63,247 nucleotides of DNA, filler included, from Octopus bimaculoides (GCF_001194135.2; 5 parts of 5 records of this genome joined end to end with filler, not necessarily neighbours in it), one strand, 5' to 3'. Positions 12,152 to 23,410 are shown, counted from the first letter of the whole stretch. A program made the numbers and translations. Notes: generated by a model not told the origin, from the sequence alone.

Positions 12152-12650
12152 CTTTCTTTATTGGCCATACAGGGCTGAACACAGAGAGGACAAATACAAA
12201 TGTAGAGATTTTCTTTTCGAAAATGAAAAAGAAAAAGGGAAAAAATGAGAAAAAAAAGTAAAATTCCGATCAAAAGGGATCGGGAAAAGAAAGGCGATCA
12301 AAAGGGATCGTATATCACAGAAGAATTTTTAAAAAGTAAAAAGCAAGATTATGTTTATCCGTGGAAAGAAAACCCTACGGAAAAGACCACGGTTGCCTCA
12401 GGCAGGGAGGGAATAAACACATGAGAGCAAAGTGCTCTCTCTCTCTTTCTTTTTTCGATTTACAGGATCATGCTCAAAGTGGTTTCGTCCCTCGCACGCA
12501 CCATGTTTGCTACATTCACCCACCTTTTTTTGAAACTTTCACGAGATTAAACCTGCCTCTCTATTCTCATCTTCCTTTTCAAGTGGTACTTGAAAAAGTT
12601 GATGAGCGATTAGCCAGAGAGGTAAGTGTTTGTCTCAATAACTTATATTA
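12151..12650 (-). mobile_element. Tx1/L1-type LINE 3' terminal fragment
   Basis: Minus frame IETNTYLSG*SLINFFKYHLKRKMRIERQV*SRESFKKRWVNVA aligns with IVTGTFVFGQGLVNFFSYHLRSKIRLEKRCLLRERFMRRWKPVA of the 56129-56701 ORF. It ends in AATAAAGAAAG at the GATA array. Confidence 0.8.
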
Positions 12651-12840
12651 ACTAATATCACTTGAATAATCACTTCTGTTATATGCCCATCCGGAACTAA
12701 CTTAACTGCTGTTTCTGAGCTGAACAAAGGGAAAAAAACGAAATAATATACGTCTTTTTCCGTCCCTCAACTTTCATAGCAATTCGCAGTTTAAGCTTTA
12801 CTGCCACATTTCGGCAGCTTTATAGATATTCCGATCAACC

Positions 12841-13491
12841 ATGGACTACACAGATGCAAAATGTGTTGAAGGCATATATTTTAACGAAAGAAATCCCGAC
12901 TTAACACCTCAAGATGTTGAAATGGAGTCGGTTGAAGAAAGTAGCAAATCTGTAAGTACGAGATATAACATGGATCGTAATAAAAAGAATCTGGCTTTAA
13001 TAATCAACAATGAAACCTTCGACGAATCGACTAGAATGTCTCAACGACAAGGATCCGATAGAGATGCATCAGCAATTAAACAGGCATTGGAATCATTGCA
13101 TTTTAATGTGATTAACCGGAAGAATTTATCAGTGAAAAGCATGAAACAAATCTTTACGGATATATCCACGATGGACCATGGGAATCATAACTGCTTCGTT
13201 TGTGTTATATTGACTCACGGTGAAGACGATAACCTGATATATGGCACGGATAAAGAAGTAAGACTAGATACTTTAGTGGAGATGTTGCTTCCTAATAAAT
13301 GCCCAGGTTTAATAGGTAAGCCAACACTATTCTTCATACAAGCCTGTCGGGGAACAAAACTGGACAGCGGTGCAGTTATGTACGATGTTACTGATGGTCA
13401 AGTAGAACATCGAAATATCAAATCTCACAAAGTACCAGTTTGGGCAAACGTTCTTCTGGCTTATTCTACTGTCCCTGGATTTTACTCCTAG
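12841..13491 (+). CDS. casp3/7-like: Effector caspase (caspase-3/7-like) open frame, 216 aa: prodomain, large subunit and linker, ending at a premature TAG
   Basis: Motifs ALIINN, RQGSDRDA, CFVCVILTHG (His codon 13216), GKPTLFFIQACRG (Cys codon 13345), DVTDG linker and LLAYSTVPGFYS; Kozak context CAACCATGG; no introns. Confidence 0.92.
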   Translation: MDYTDAKCVEGIYFNERNPDLTPQDVEMESVEESSKSVSTRYNMDRNKKNLALIINNETFDESTRMSQRQGSDRDASAIKQALESLHFNVINRKNLSVKSMKQIFTDISTMDHGNHNCFVCVILTHGEDDNLIYGTDKEVRLDTLVEMLLPNKCPGLIGKPTLFFIQACRGTKLDSGAVMYDVTDGQVEHRNIKSHKVPVWANVLLAYSTVPGFYS

Positions 13492-13707
13492 ACAGATTTT
13501 ACTAATGGATCGTGATTTATTCAGTCGTTAGCCCACATTTTGGAAAAAGACGGAGATCGACTTGAACTGCAACAATTAATGCTTTCGGTAAATCGTAGAG
13601 TTGCCTATGAATATGAGTCTATAAACGATGATCCCCGGTTGAATAAAAAGAAACAGCTTCCTTCCATAGTAATCATGTTAACAAAAGAACTATACTTTTA
13701 CAAATAA
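12841..13707 (+). pseudogene. casp3/7-like: Full-length intronless caspase-3/7-like frame (288 codons) with two in-frame stops at conserved Trp positions
   Basis: The frame continues FYS*TDFTNGS*FIQSLAHILEKDGDRLELQQLMLSVNRRVAYEYES...KKQLPSIVIMLTKELYFYK* (TAG 13489, TGA 13513, TAA 13705). It is collinear with caspase-3 YYSWRNSKDGSWFIQSL...KKQIPCIVSMLTKELYF. Confidence 0.88.
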
Positions 13708-15439
13708 AATATTCGTTTAACATACGTTCTCCCACTCTCTCCTCAATTATATATGTGTATATATATATATATATATNNNNNNNNNNNNNNNNNNNNNNNN
13801 NNNNNNNNNNNNNNNNNNNNNNNNNNNNNNNNNNNNNNNNNNNNNNNNNNNNNNNNNNNNNNNNNNNNNNNNNNNNNNNNNNNNNNNNNNNNNNNNNNNN
13901 NNNNNNNNNNNNNNNNNNNNNNNNNNNNNNNNNNNNNNNNNNNNNNNNNNNNNNNNNNNNNNNNNNNNNNNNNNNNNNNNNNNNNNNNNNNNNNNNNNNN
14001 NNNNNNNNNNNNNNNNNNNNNNNNNNNNNNNNNNNNNNNNNNNNNNNNNNNNNNNNNNNNNNNNNNNNNNNNNNNNNNNNNNNNNNNNNNNNNNNNNNNN
14101 NNNNNNNNNNNNNNNNNNNNNNNNNNNNNNNNNNNNNNNNNNNNNNNNNNNNNNNNNNNNNNNNNNNNNNNNNNNNNNNNNNNNNNNNNNNNNNNNNNNN
14201 NNNNNNNNNNNNNNNNNNNNNNNNNNNNNNNNNNNNNNNNNNNNNNNNNNNNNNNNNNNNNNNNNNNNNNNNNNNNNNNNNNNNNNNNNNNNNNNNNNNN
14301 NNNNNNNNNNNNNNNNNNNNNNNNNNNNNNNNNNNNNNNNNNNNNNNNNNNNNNNNNNNNNNNNNNNNNNNNNNNNNNNNNNNNNNNNNNNNNNNNNNNN
14401 NNNNNNNNNNNNNNNNNNNNNNNNNNNNNNNNNNNNNNNNNNNNNNNNNNNNNNNNNNNNNNNNNNNNNNNNNNNNNNNNNNNNNNNNNNNNNNNNNNNN
14501 NNNNNNNNNNNNNNNNNNNNNNNNNNNNNNNNNNNNNNNNNNNNNNNNNNNNNNNNNNNNNNNNNNNNNNNNNNNNNNNNNNNNNNNTATATATATAACC
14601 TTGAACTTTCTACTTCTCCGTTTTCAGTTCTTTTCTGAGAACTTATTTCGTTTAATTGTAATATTTTTTTTTTATGTTCATCAAAATTTGTTCAGTAATA
14701 TATGACAGAGAAATGATAACATTGATAATTTGATTTTATTTCTTAATATTAATGGCAGAAACTGTTATTTCCGTGTCCAATTATTGTCCAGTGGACTTAT
14801 AATAAAATTACATTATAACCATTAACATTTTTTTTTCTTTATTTGTATTAGGACTACATCGCTTTATATGGTCTTTCATTTCTTAGCATGGTTGGCTGTT
14901 ATTTCAGAGTTGTTTTACTGCTACATCGACATTTGTTCAGTTTCTCACCAGTCACCACTACTGCACTTACACTTATAACCTGGTAACAATTTCACTTTTT
15001 TGCCGATCGATTTACCTAATTAATGACACCTTACGCCGACTGCGAGATAGAGAATTTTTCAACCAAATGTCGCAGGCGCAGATTGAGCTATGATTCAAGA
15101 GTCAAAGGTAGCCAATAATACGATGACTAAGTCTTTGTTAAAATTGCACGGCTGAAGAACAATGCTCAAGAACTAGCGATAAATTTAACAACAGTTGCGC
15201 AAGATATCATTGCTGACTATATACAAGATTGGAAATAATGTTTCTATTTACACTGCTAAGATAATGTCCCAGGATTAATTCATGCACGGGTTGGAAATTA
15301 AAAGCCATTCCTCAGTTCTTGACTGGAATCTCTTCAACCAATGTTTCTTCTGAACTCTTGATCGATTAAAAAGTAAAAACAGCGAATACAGTGTTTCTCG
15401 AGAGAAAAGAGAATCTTTGATAGATATAAAGACTAGAGC

Positions 15440-15715
15440 GGAAGGGCGTGGCCTAGCGGTTAGTTAGTTGTACCCACGAGTTCAAGATCGTAATTTCGAT
15501 TCCAGGACCGTGTGTGCTGTTATTGAGAAAAACACTTCATTTCATATTCCAGGACCAGTGTGTGGTGTTATTGAGAAAAACACTTCATTTTATATTCTGT
15601 CAGTCCACTCGGTCGTAAATGGGTAACCCTATGACAGACTTAAATCCCGTTTTGGATGAATGTTGCGATTTCGGTAACTGAAACGCCGTGGAATCGGGTA
15701 ACACAACACGTGAAT
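15440..15715 (+). mobile_element. SINE family E with an internal 47-bp tandem duplication
   Basis: Head GGCGTGGCCTAGCGGTTAG...TTCGATTCC; ATTCCAGGACC...GAGAAAAACACTTCATT occurs twice (about 15499-15593). Confidence 0.65.
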
Positions 15716-16371
15716 CCTAGGAGTCGAGACAGTACTTATTTACACCTGCAAAAAAAAAAATAATAAAAATAAAAAGAGAAAACATTCATAGAAAACACTG
15801 TACTCCAGTGCACTGGGGTGGCCACTGACTACCCGTCCAAACAACCCAACAAAACGACTGCATTCACATTCTTTTGCTCGGTACCGCTCACTGTATTTAT
15901 GTATTATATATCTCTCTCTCCCTCTCACTCGCTCTCTTTTTCTTTCTCTCTCGCTCACTCCCTTCCTTCTTCGCTCTCTCCGATGAAGCTAAAAGGTGTT
16001 AGTCGGGTACTCAACTATGAGTGCACTGCATCCTGTAGCAGAAACGACTGTAAGTTAATGAAGTTCATCAGATAATTCTTTATTCTTTTGTCATCTTACT
16101 TTCTTCTTGCAATTCTGTATTCGACGAACCCTTCGTCCTGATGCATATATATATATATATATATTGAGCTCTACACCAGGTTATACAAGAAATTAAAGAA
16201 GGAAAATCCACATCGGGTGACATCAAACCAAATTTCAGTTTTCCCCTCTAACAGTGCAAAGATACAATTTCTATACAAGAACGTTTAAATAATGAAAATT
16301 CTTTCATCGAAAAATACAGAATACGTTTAAATGATGCACTCATAACTAACTTTGATCTCTATACATATTTC

Positions 16372-16471
16372 NNNNNNNNNNNNNNNNNNNNNNNNNNNNN
16401 NNNNNNNNNNNNNNNTTAATTAATTAANNNNNNNNNNNNNNNNNNNNNNNNNNNNNNNNNNNNNNNNNNNN
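16372..16471. other. Artificial scaffold-join spacer
   Basis: 44 N + TTAATTAATTAA + 44 N = 100 bp, identical at four places. Confidence 0.92.
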
Positions 16472-16570
16472 TGGTGCTTTAGGTGTTTTCGTTCAATAAA
16501 CACATACAACGCCTGGTCTGGGAATCGAAACCGCGAGTCCGATGCCCTAACCACTGGGCCATTGCGCCTC
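16472..16570 (-). mobile_element. SINE family C head
   Basis: Matches 6810-6947. Confidence 0.8.
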
Positions 16571-16574
16571 CACA

Positions 16575-16621
<47 letters not shown>

Positions 16622-16637
16622 GTGTGTATATGTTTCC

Positions 16638-16830
16638 AAAGGCGTCGAGTTGGCAGCCTGGCGAAATGCTTAACGGCATTCCGCCCGTCTGAATTGAAAT
16701 TCCGCCGGCGTCGATTTTGCCTTTCATTCTTTCGGCTTCGATGAAATAGTGCCAATCAAGCACTGGGGTCTATGTAATCGATTTACCTCTCCCACCAAAT
16801 TTCAGACCTTGTTGCTATAGTAAAAAGGAT
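16638..16830 (+). mobile_element. SINE family A, diverged
   Basis: AAATTCCGCCGGCGTCGATTTTGCCTTTCATTC core. Confidence 0.8.
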
Positions 16831-17134
16831 TGTGTATATCTTTCGTGTAAAAGCTTAAGAAGCGGTTCACTGTGTCAGAATTTTCGTCTCGAGTCAAATG
16901 TAACAAACTACTTCGAATCGTTCGTGGTTGGAATATTCGCACGAGCGGTGTCTGGACCAACCAGTTTGTATCGGCATTGAGCCGTCGTATTAGTTGTAAT
17001 CATGAAATCAAACCAAATAGTGGTAACTTGAAATCATTTAATACGTACGGTTCGGGTTTACGTAATAATAGGAAATGCAACCATTACGTAAGATCTTCCT
17101 CAGATATATATATATGTGTTTTCACTAAAATATA

Positions 17135-17273
17135 TATATTTGCGAGGGTTTGAAAAGCATCTTCAGCCAGCTGGTGTTGCTACTTCAGGCTGATGACGAG
17201 CAATGACTCAGAAACATGTGACTGAATGCACACTGGGCTGGGCGGGGATGCTTGTCTCCCCCTCGCAAATATA
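17135..17273. mobile_element. Small MITE-like element with 14-bp terminal inverted repeats
   Basis: TATATTTGCGAGGG (17135-17148) / CCCTCGCAAATATA (17260-17273); the start resembles mariner-type TACGAGGG ends. Confidence 0.55.
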
Positions 17274-18037
17274 AGGACACAGGAAATGTGTCAAGGCCGA
17301 CAGTATACAACTGCGTTATCGTAACACCGCTGCTTAATTCTCTCTGTGAGATTTATAATTAGATCATTTCTAATATATANNNNNNNNNNNNNNNNNNNNN
17401 NNNNNNNNNNNNNNNNNNNNNNNNNNNNNNNNNNNNNNNNNNNNNNNNNNNNNNNNNNNNNNNNNNNNNNNNNNNNNNNNNNNNNNNNNNNNNNNNNNNN
17501 NNNNNNNNNNNNNNNNNNNNNNNNNNNNNNNNNNNNNNNNNNNNNNNNNNNNNNNNNNNNNNNNNNNNNNNNNNNNNNNNNNNNNNNNNNNNNNNNNNNN
17601 NNNNNNNNNNNNNNNNNNNNNNNNNNNNNNNNNNNNNNNNNNNNNNNNNNNNNNNNNNNNNNNNNNNNNNNNNNNNNNNNNNNNNNNNNNNNNNNNNNNN
17701 NNNNNNNNNNNNNNNNNNNNNNNNNNNNNNNNNNNNNNNNNNNNNNNNNNNNNNNNNNNNNNNNNNTATATATATATATATATATTAGTGTTTATGTTTA
17801 TGGTTGCTTGTCTCTATGTTCGTATTTGTTGAATTATCTATATACAATGTTTGTTGTCGATATGATTATATAGATTCGTGTGTAAGTACAGATAGGAAGA
17901 GAAGTACATGAATTTGCAATTGTTTTCATAAAGTAATAGGTGTGTGTGTGTGTTATATTAACAAATGTGCTTACTGCAGCATGTAGCCTATCAATACAGA
18001 AACTAAGTTAGCATTACTGCAATGCAATAATAATCGA

Positions 18038-18275
18038 AGGCGCGTGGCTTGGTGGTTAGGTTTTTCGCCACACGATCGTAAAGTCGTGAGTTCGATTCCC
18101 TGTAGCGCATTCTATCCTGAACAAGACACTTTATTTCTGGTTGTGCCAGTGTACTCAGCTGTTAAAACGAAGTATTATCCGTATTTAGAAATGCCATCCT
18201 TGTCACATTCTGTGTTACGCTGAATCTCCCAGAGAACAAGTAAAGAATAATGTGGAGTACAGCCACGTAAGCGTT
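18038..18275 (+). mobile_element. tRNA-head SINE (family C/E-like), degenerate
   Basis: GGCGCGTGGCTTGGTGGTTAGG...GAGTTCGATTCCC, CTGAACAAGACACTT and CACGCTGAATCTCCCAGAGAAC. Confidence 0.65.
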
Positions 18276-18299
18276 AAAATCACATAATGAGATGGTACC

Positions 18300-18697
18300 G
18301 GTTTCAAATTTGACAGAAGGCCAGCAATCTCAGGGGTGAGGGGAAAGCCGATGACATCGACCCCAGTTCTCAACTGGTACTTATTTTATCGAGCCCGAAA
18401 GAATAAAAAACAAAATCGACCTCGGTGGAATTTGAACTCAGAACTTAAAGACAGACGAAATGCCGCTAAGCATTTCCACCGGCGTGCTAACGATTCTGCC
18501 AAATTTTGACGTGAGGCCAGCAATTTTGGGGTGAGGGTAAGTCGATGACATCGACCCCAGTGTACAACTGGTACTTAATTTATCGACCCAGGATGGATAA
18601 AAGACAAAGTCGATCTACGAGTAATTTGAACTCAGAACATAATGCCGTTATGTATCATGCCCGGCGTGCTAGCGATTCTGCCAGCTCGCCACTTTAA
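18300..18697 (-). mobile_element. Head-to-tail dimer of family-A SINEs (junction about 18500)
   Basis: Two consecutive reverse-complement bodies. Confidence 0.85.
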
Positions 18698-19039
18698 ACA
18701 GTGAGATAAAATTGGCACCACGTTGGCATAAAAGGAAATTGATATGGAATTAGATACCCGTAGAGCTACATTCTTTATTGTCTTGCCTACAGCTTAATTA
18801 ACTTGGCATATTATAAATACGTGTTGAACACCAGCAATCAATAAGAATCGTTTCTATGCAATTCTTCGGTAAATTAGGTGCGTGAGCGGTAATCTGTTGG
18901 GGTTTGATCGCGTTCTTTAAAACGAAGTCTTAACAGAGATTTAATGCTCGTTCTTTTATTAATTATCTCATTAAACTTAAATCTTTCGTTTTGTTTATTA
19001 AAAATAATTGACATTGCATTTCACTTTTATCTCGTTCAC

Positions 19040-19169
19040 ACACACCTATACAAATGCATACAGGCATGAATACGTACGCGTACACATACATGCCACTACA
19101 TACACACATACATATATGCAAACATAAACGTGTGCGTGTTTGTGTATATATATATATATGTATGTATGC

Positions 19170-19200
<31 letters not shown>

Positions 19201-20159
19201 CATATATATATATATGTATGTATGCATATATATATATATATGTATATATGTATGCATATATATAAGTATGTATATATGTATGCATATATATATATATATG
19301 TATATATGTATGCATNNNNNNNNNNNNNNNNNNNNNNNNNNNNNNNNNNNNNNNNNNNNNNNNNNNNNNNNNNNNNNNNNNNNNNNNNNNNNNNNNNNNN
19401 NNNNNNNNNNNNNNNTATATATATATATATATATATATATATACGTTATAAATTGTTTAGGAATATATGCATATGTATACATATGTATATTTGTGTATAT
19501 ATATATATGTGTGTATATATATATATATATACATACATATTATGTTTATATATATATGTGGGTGTATATATGTATGTATGTATATATATGTGCATATATA
19601 TATAAATATATATATATATGCAATTTAAATATATAGATTAATTTATGTTTATATATAGCTGCATATGAATTAGTAGAATTTTCAAATACTTTGCTCCAGT
19701 TTTTGGGCCATCCAATACGGATTTCAAAACACAACCATATTTTTTTTCAAAACATCCATTTTCTCGTGGATTATTACACAGACTAACATATAGACAGTCA
19801 GAAACACATACATATACACAAAACGAAAAAAAAACATACCATGTTTAAAAATTGACTGATTTATAATAAATTATTTATTTTAATTATTTATTGGATTAAT
19901 TGATTATGTTTTTGTTAAAAGTAAATTCCAAATTTTGAACCGCTTCGTATCAACAACTTCCATAATTGAAACTATACTGGAATGATAATTTTACGATCTA
20001 GCAATTTTCAAGCAGTTCTGAACTTTCCCGAACTTACACACTTATTATGTGTATTGCATATGAGCCCATATACGTAAGGAATACATACTCAATATATAAA
20101 GATAACAGTCGGTGTAAAATCTCATTCTTATTTGCTCATGTATACCATCATATATATGT

Positions 20160-20209
<50 letters not shown>

Positions 20210-20350
20210 TATATAAATGTTGTATATAAAATGTATATAAATATTATATTATATACATTTTGTATATATGTATATATAATATTATATACATTTTGTATAT
20301 ATGCATATATATTTATGTATGGATCATATATATATATATATATATATATC
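19040..20350. repeat. (TA)n/(TATG)n microsatellite fields
   Basis: Direct reading. Confidence 0.9.
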
Positions 20351-20880
20351 GAGGTGAATATATTACTGAAACTCCACATGTCATTGTTGATATAACTGCG
20401 TTCAACTGAATTTGGTATTTTATTGTTTCACACAGAAATTTATTATTATTATGATTATTATCAATATTATTATCATTAACTTTTTACAAACCAAGGCCAA
20501 TTGACAATACGATTCAATATATATTCTTATGGGTGTATTTATCTGAAGTTACGTTTGTGTGTATTCATGTTTTCGAACGTTCGTGTTCGTCTGAGTGTTT
20601 GAGTGTCACAAAAAGAACTATTATAAGAGAAACACGCACATTAAAAAAAAATATATCATCATCATCATTTCAATTATCGCACACATTTTCATCACCACCA
20701 CCACCACCATCATCGTCATCATAAAATTCAGTCAGAATTGGAAGGTGAGAAATGTGGAAGAAGAACAATTTTGAAGATTAGACTTCTTTCTATAATCTGA
20801 ATTTCCCATAGATGAAAAAGACGATGACAGTGATGCTGCTGCTGTTGATGAGGATGTTGAAAATAATAATAATAATAATA

Positions 20881-21100
20881 ATCTTTTCTACTGTAGGCAA
20901 ACAAGACCTGAAATTTTGGGGGAAGGGGGATGGTCGATTACATCGACCCCAGTCCGTAACTGGTACTTATTTCATCGACCCCAAAAGGATGAAAGGCATA
21001 GTCAACCTCGACAAAATTTGAACTCAGAACGTAAAGACGGACGAAATGCTGCTAAGCTCTTTGCCCGGCGTGGTAACGATTCTGCCAGCTCGCTGCCTAA
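20881..21100 (-). mobile_element. SINE family A flanked by (AAT)n
   Basis: Full reverse-complement body between AAT runs. Confidence 0.88.
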
Positions 21101-21165
21101 ATAATAATAATGATAATAATAATGTTTTATTATTTACATAAATGATCATGATGATGTTAATCTTA

Positions 21166-21200
<35 letters not shown>

Positions 21201-22164
21201 CAACTTTCAAAAATAATCGATAAAAATGTATAATCAAGCCATGTTACTGACACGGTTTGTTAATAGTTAAAAATACTTTCAACTAACAAGAATAACAATA
21301 GCAACAACAATCATGAGAACAACAACAATAACAACAAGATTAACATCATGAGTATTTTAGAACAATATAGAAGAAAAATACATTTAAAGATGAAGAAAGT
21401 TCATAAAACACGCAACAGATAATGCAAAGTCCATTTTTTTAACTTCATTTTTATATTTTTTTTTATGTTTAGTTTTTTATTTTGTATAAGTATAGTTATG
21501 ATAATTTTTTTTATTCATATATATATATTTTATATTTTAATGAATCTTTTTCTTAAATGCAAAGGGGAAATAATTATGAATTGATATCACCCAGCTGATA
21601 TCACGATCGTCCTGTATGGACATCTGAAGTTTGGTTCATCATTGAAAAATATTACTGAGCTGTTGAAATTCCCTAAATTTCTGTATTGCAGTCTCATTAT
21701 TATTACTATTATTATTATTACTTTTTAAAGGTCTATGTTTATAACGTGCCTTTACAACGCAACTGAACTCAAACTCAGTTCTGAGTGCATTGGGCATATG
21801 CAATGATTTCTTTTGGTTTTGCGCTTTCCATTATTATTATTATTATTATTATTGTTGTTGTTGTTGTTGTTGTTGTTATTATTATTATCGTCAATTTGTT
21901 TTTAGGCATGTGTTGCAGACAATTTTAATGTGAGGATGTGGTGTGAATGGTCTACCAAAACTTGGCATGTGATTGGTACTTCTGGCAATAATCCTTTTCT
22001 TCAAAATTGGCTGAAATTTAAATTTTTCGCTCTTCTGCAAAATTTCGAACTGATGGTAGTTACACTACTGTAAAAATCCCATTGTTTGTAATCTCATGAA
22101 TGTGACAGAAATCCTTATCGGTAGAAACCTGACATTTTCTCAGGAGAACATAAGTAAATCTTCT

Positions 22165-23410
22165 CCAGCAATTGATTGGTATTTTACCGATCACTAAAAG
22201 ATTACGAATTTGACCTCGGCCGAATTTAAACTCAGAATGTAGAAGACGTAACAAAAACACAAGGCATTTTCACTAGACGCTCTACTGATTCTTCCAGTTC
22301 ATCGCTTTTAATAATAATGATAACAATAATAATAATGATAATAATAATGTTAATAATATTAATGGTTTCAAATTTTGGCACAGGAGCTGCAGATTTTATG
22401 GGGAGAGGGAAGTCGATTTCATCAACCCCAGTACTTAACTGGTATTTCATTTCATCGTGTTTGAGAGTATGAATAGTAAAGTCGACATCGGTGAAATGTG
22501 ATCTCAGAATGTAAAGCCGGAATAAATGCCAACAAGCATTTTGTCCGGTGTGCTAACGATTCTCCCAGCTCATTGCCTGATAATAATAATAATGATGATA
22601 ATAAAACATTTACGCTTAGGCACAAGGCTTCTAATTTAAAGATTACATGACGTTCATGGCTTTCTAAAGTGTATTTATAAGTGAATGTGAAGTGAGATGA
22701 CTCAAACCGGGAAATGAAGTTCACATCCAGAAACACAGCTTATGTTTAAAGGCAATCAAATGATGAAGATGAGGAGAATATAACGATAGTAATAATGATC
22801 CTTTCTACTATAAGTGCAATGCCTGATGTTTTAGATGAATGGGTTAATCGATTATATCGATCCCAGCGCTCGACTTGTACATATTTCATCGACCCCCGAA
22901 AGGATGAAAGGCGAAGTCGATGTCGGCGGATTGTGACCTCAGAACGTAAAGACGAACGAAATGCCGCCCAAGCATTTTGTCCAGCGTGCTAACGATTCTG
23001 CCAGCTCACCTTAATAATAATAATAACCCTTTCTACTGGAAGCAAAAGGTCTCAAATTTGGGGAAGGGATTAAGTCGATTACATCGACCCCCAGAACGTA
23101 ACTGGTACTTATTTAATCGACCCCGAAAGGATGAAAGGCAAAGTCGACCTTGGCGGAATTTGAACTCAGAACGTGAAGACGGACAAAATAGCGCAAAGCA
23201 TTTTGCCCAGAGTGCTAACGATTCTGCCTGCTCGCCTTAATATTACTACTACTAATAATAAGAAGAAGAATTTCGTAATGTAGGCACAAGACCAGACATC
23301 TTGTAGACAGAAATATACTCGGCCAGATTAACCTCAGTACTTGACTGGTACTTATTTTATTGACCCCGGAAGAGTAAAAGGCAAAGTCGGCCTCAATGAG
23401 CTATCAATTC
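22165..23410 (-). mobile_element. Array of five same-orientation family-A SINEs (about 22165, 22360, 22795, 23025, 23265)
   Basis: Repeated ...TGCTAACGATTCTGCCAGCTC...TTAATAATAAT heads separated by AAT-rich spacers. Confidence 0.82.

Noticed and set aside
12841-13707. Alternative genetic code or selenocysteine/readthrough explanation for the caspase stops
   Set aside because: The two stops are of different types (TAG and TGA), other frames end normally, there is no CUAG readthrough context, and no SECIS was seen.
13700-13776. Poly(A) tail or TSD proving retroposition of the caspase
   Set aside because: Only an AATAAA overlapping the stop is present; there is no A-tail or TSD before the gap, so retrocopy origin is unproven.
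15715-15724. CTAGGAGT complementary to the sequence around the caspase TAG, as an editing-complementary site
   Set aside because: Only 8 nt; expected by chance.
16416-16427. Palindromic TTAATTAATTAA recurring at 16416, 27085, 33003 and 60172
   Set aside because: Always centred in exactly 44+44 N; it is a six-frame-stop scaffolding linker, not biology.
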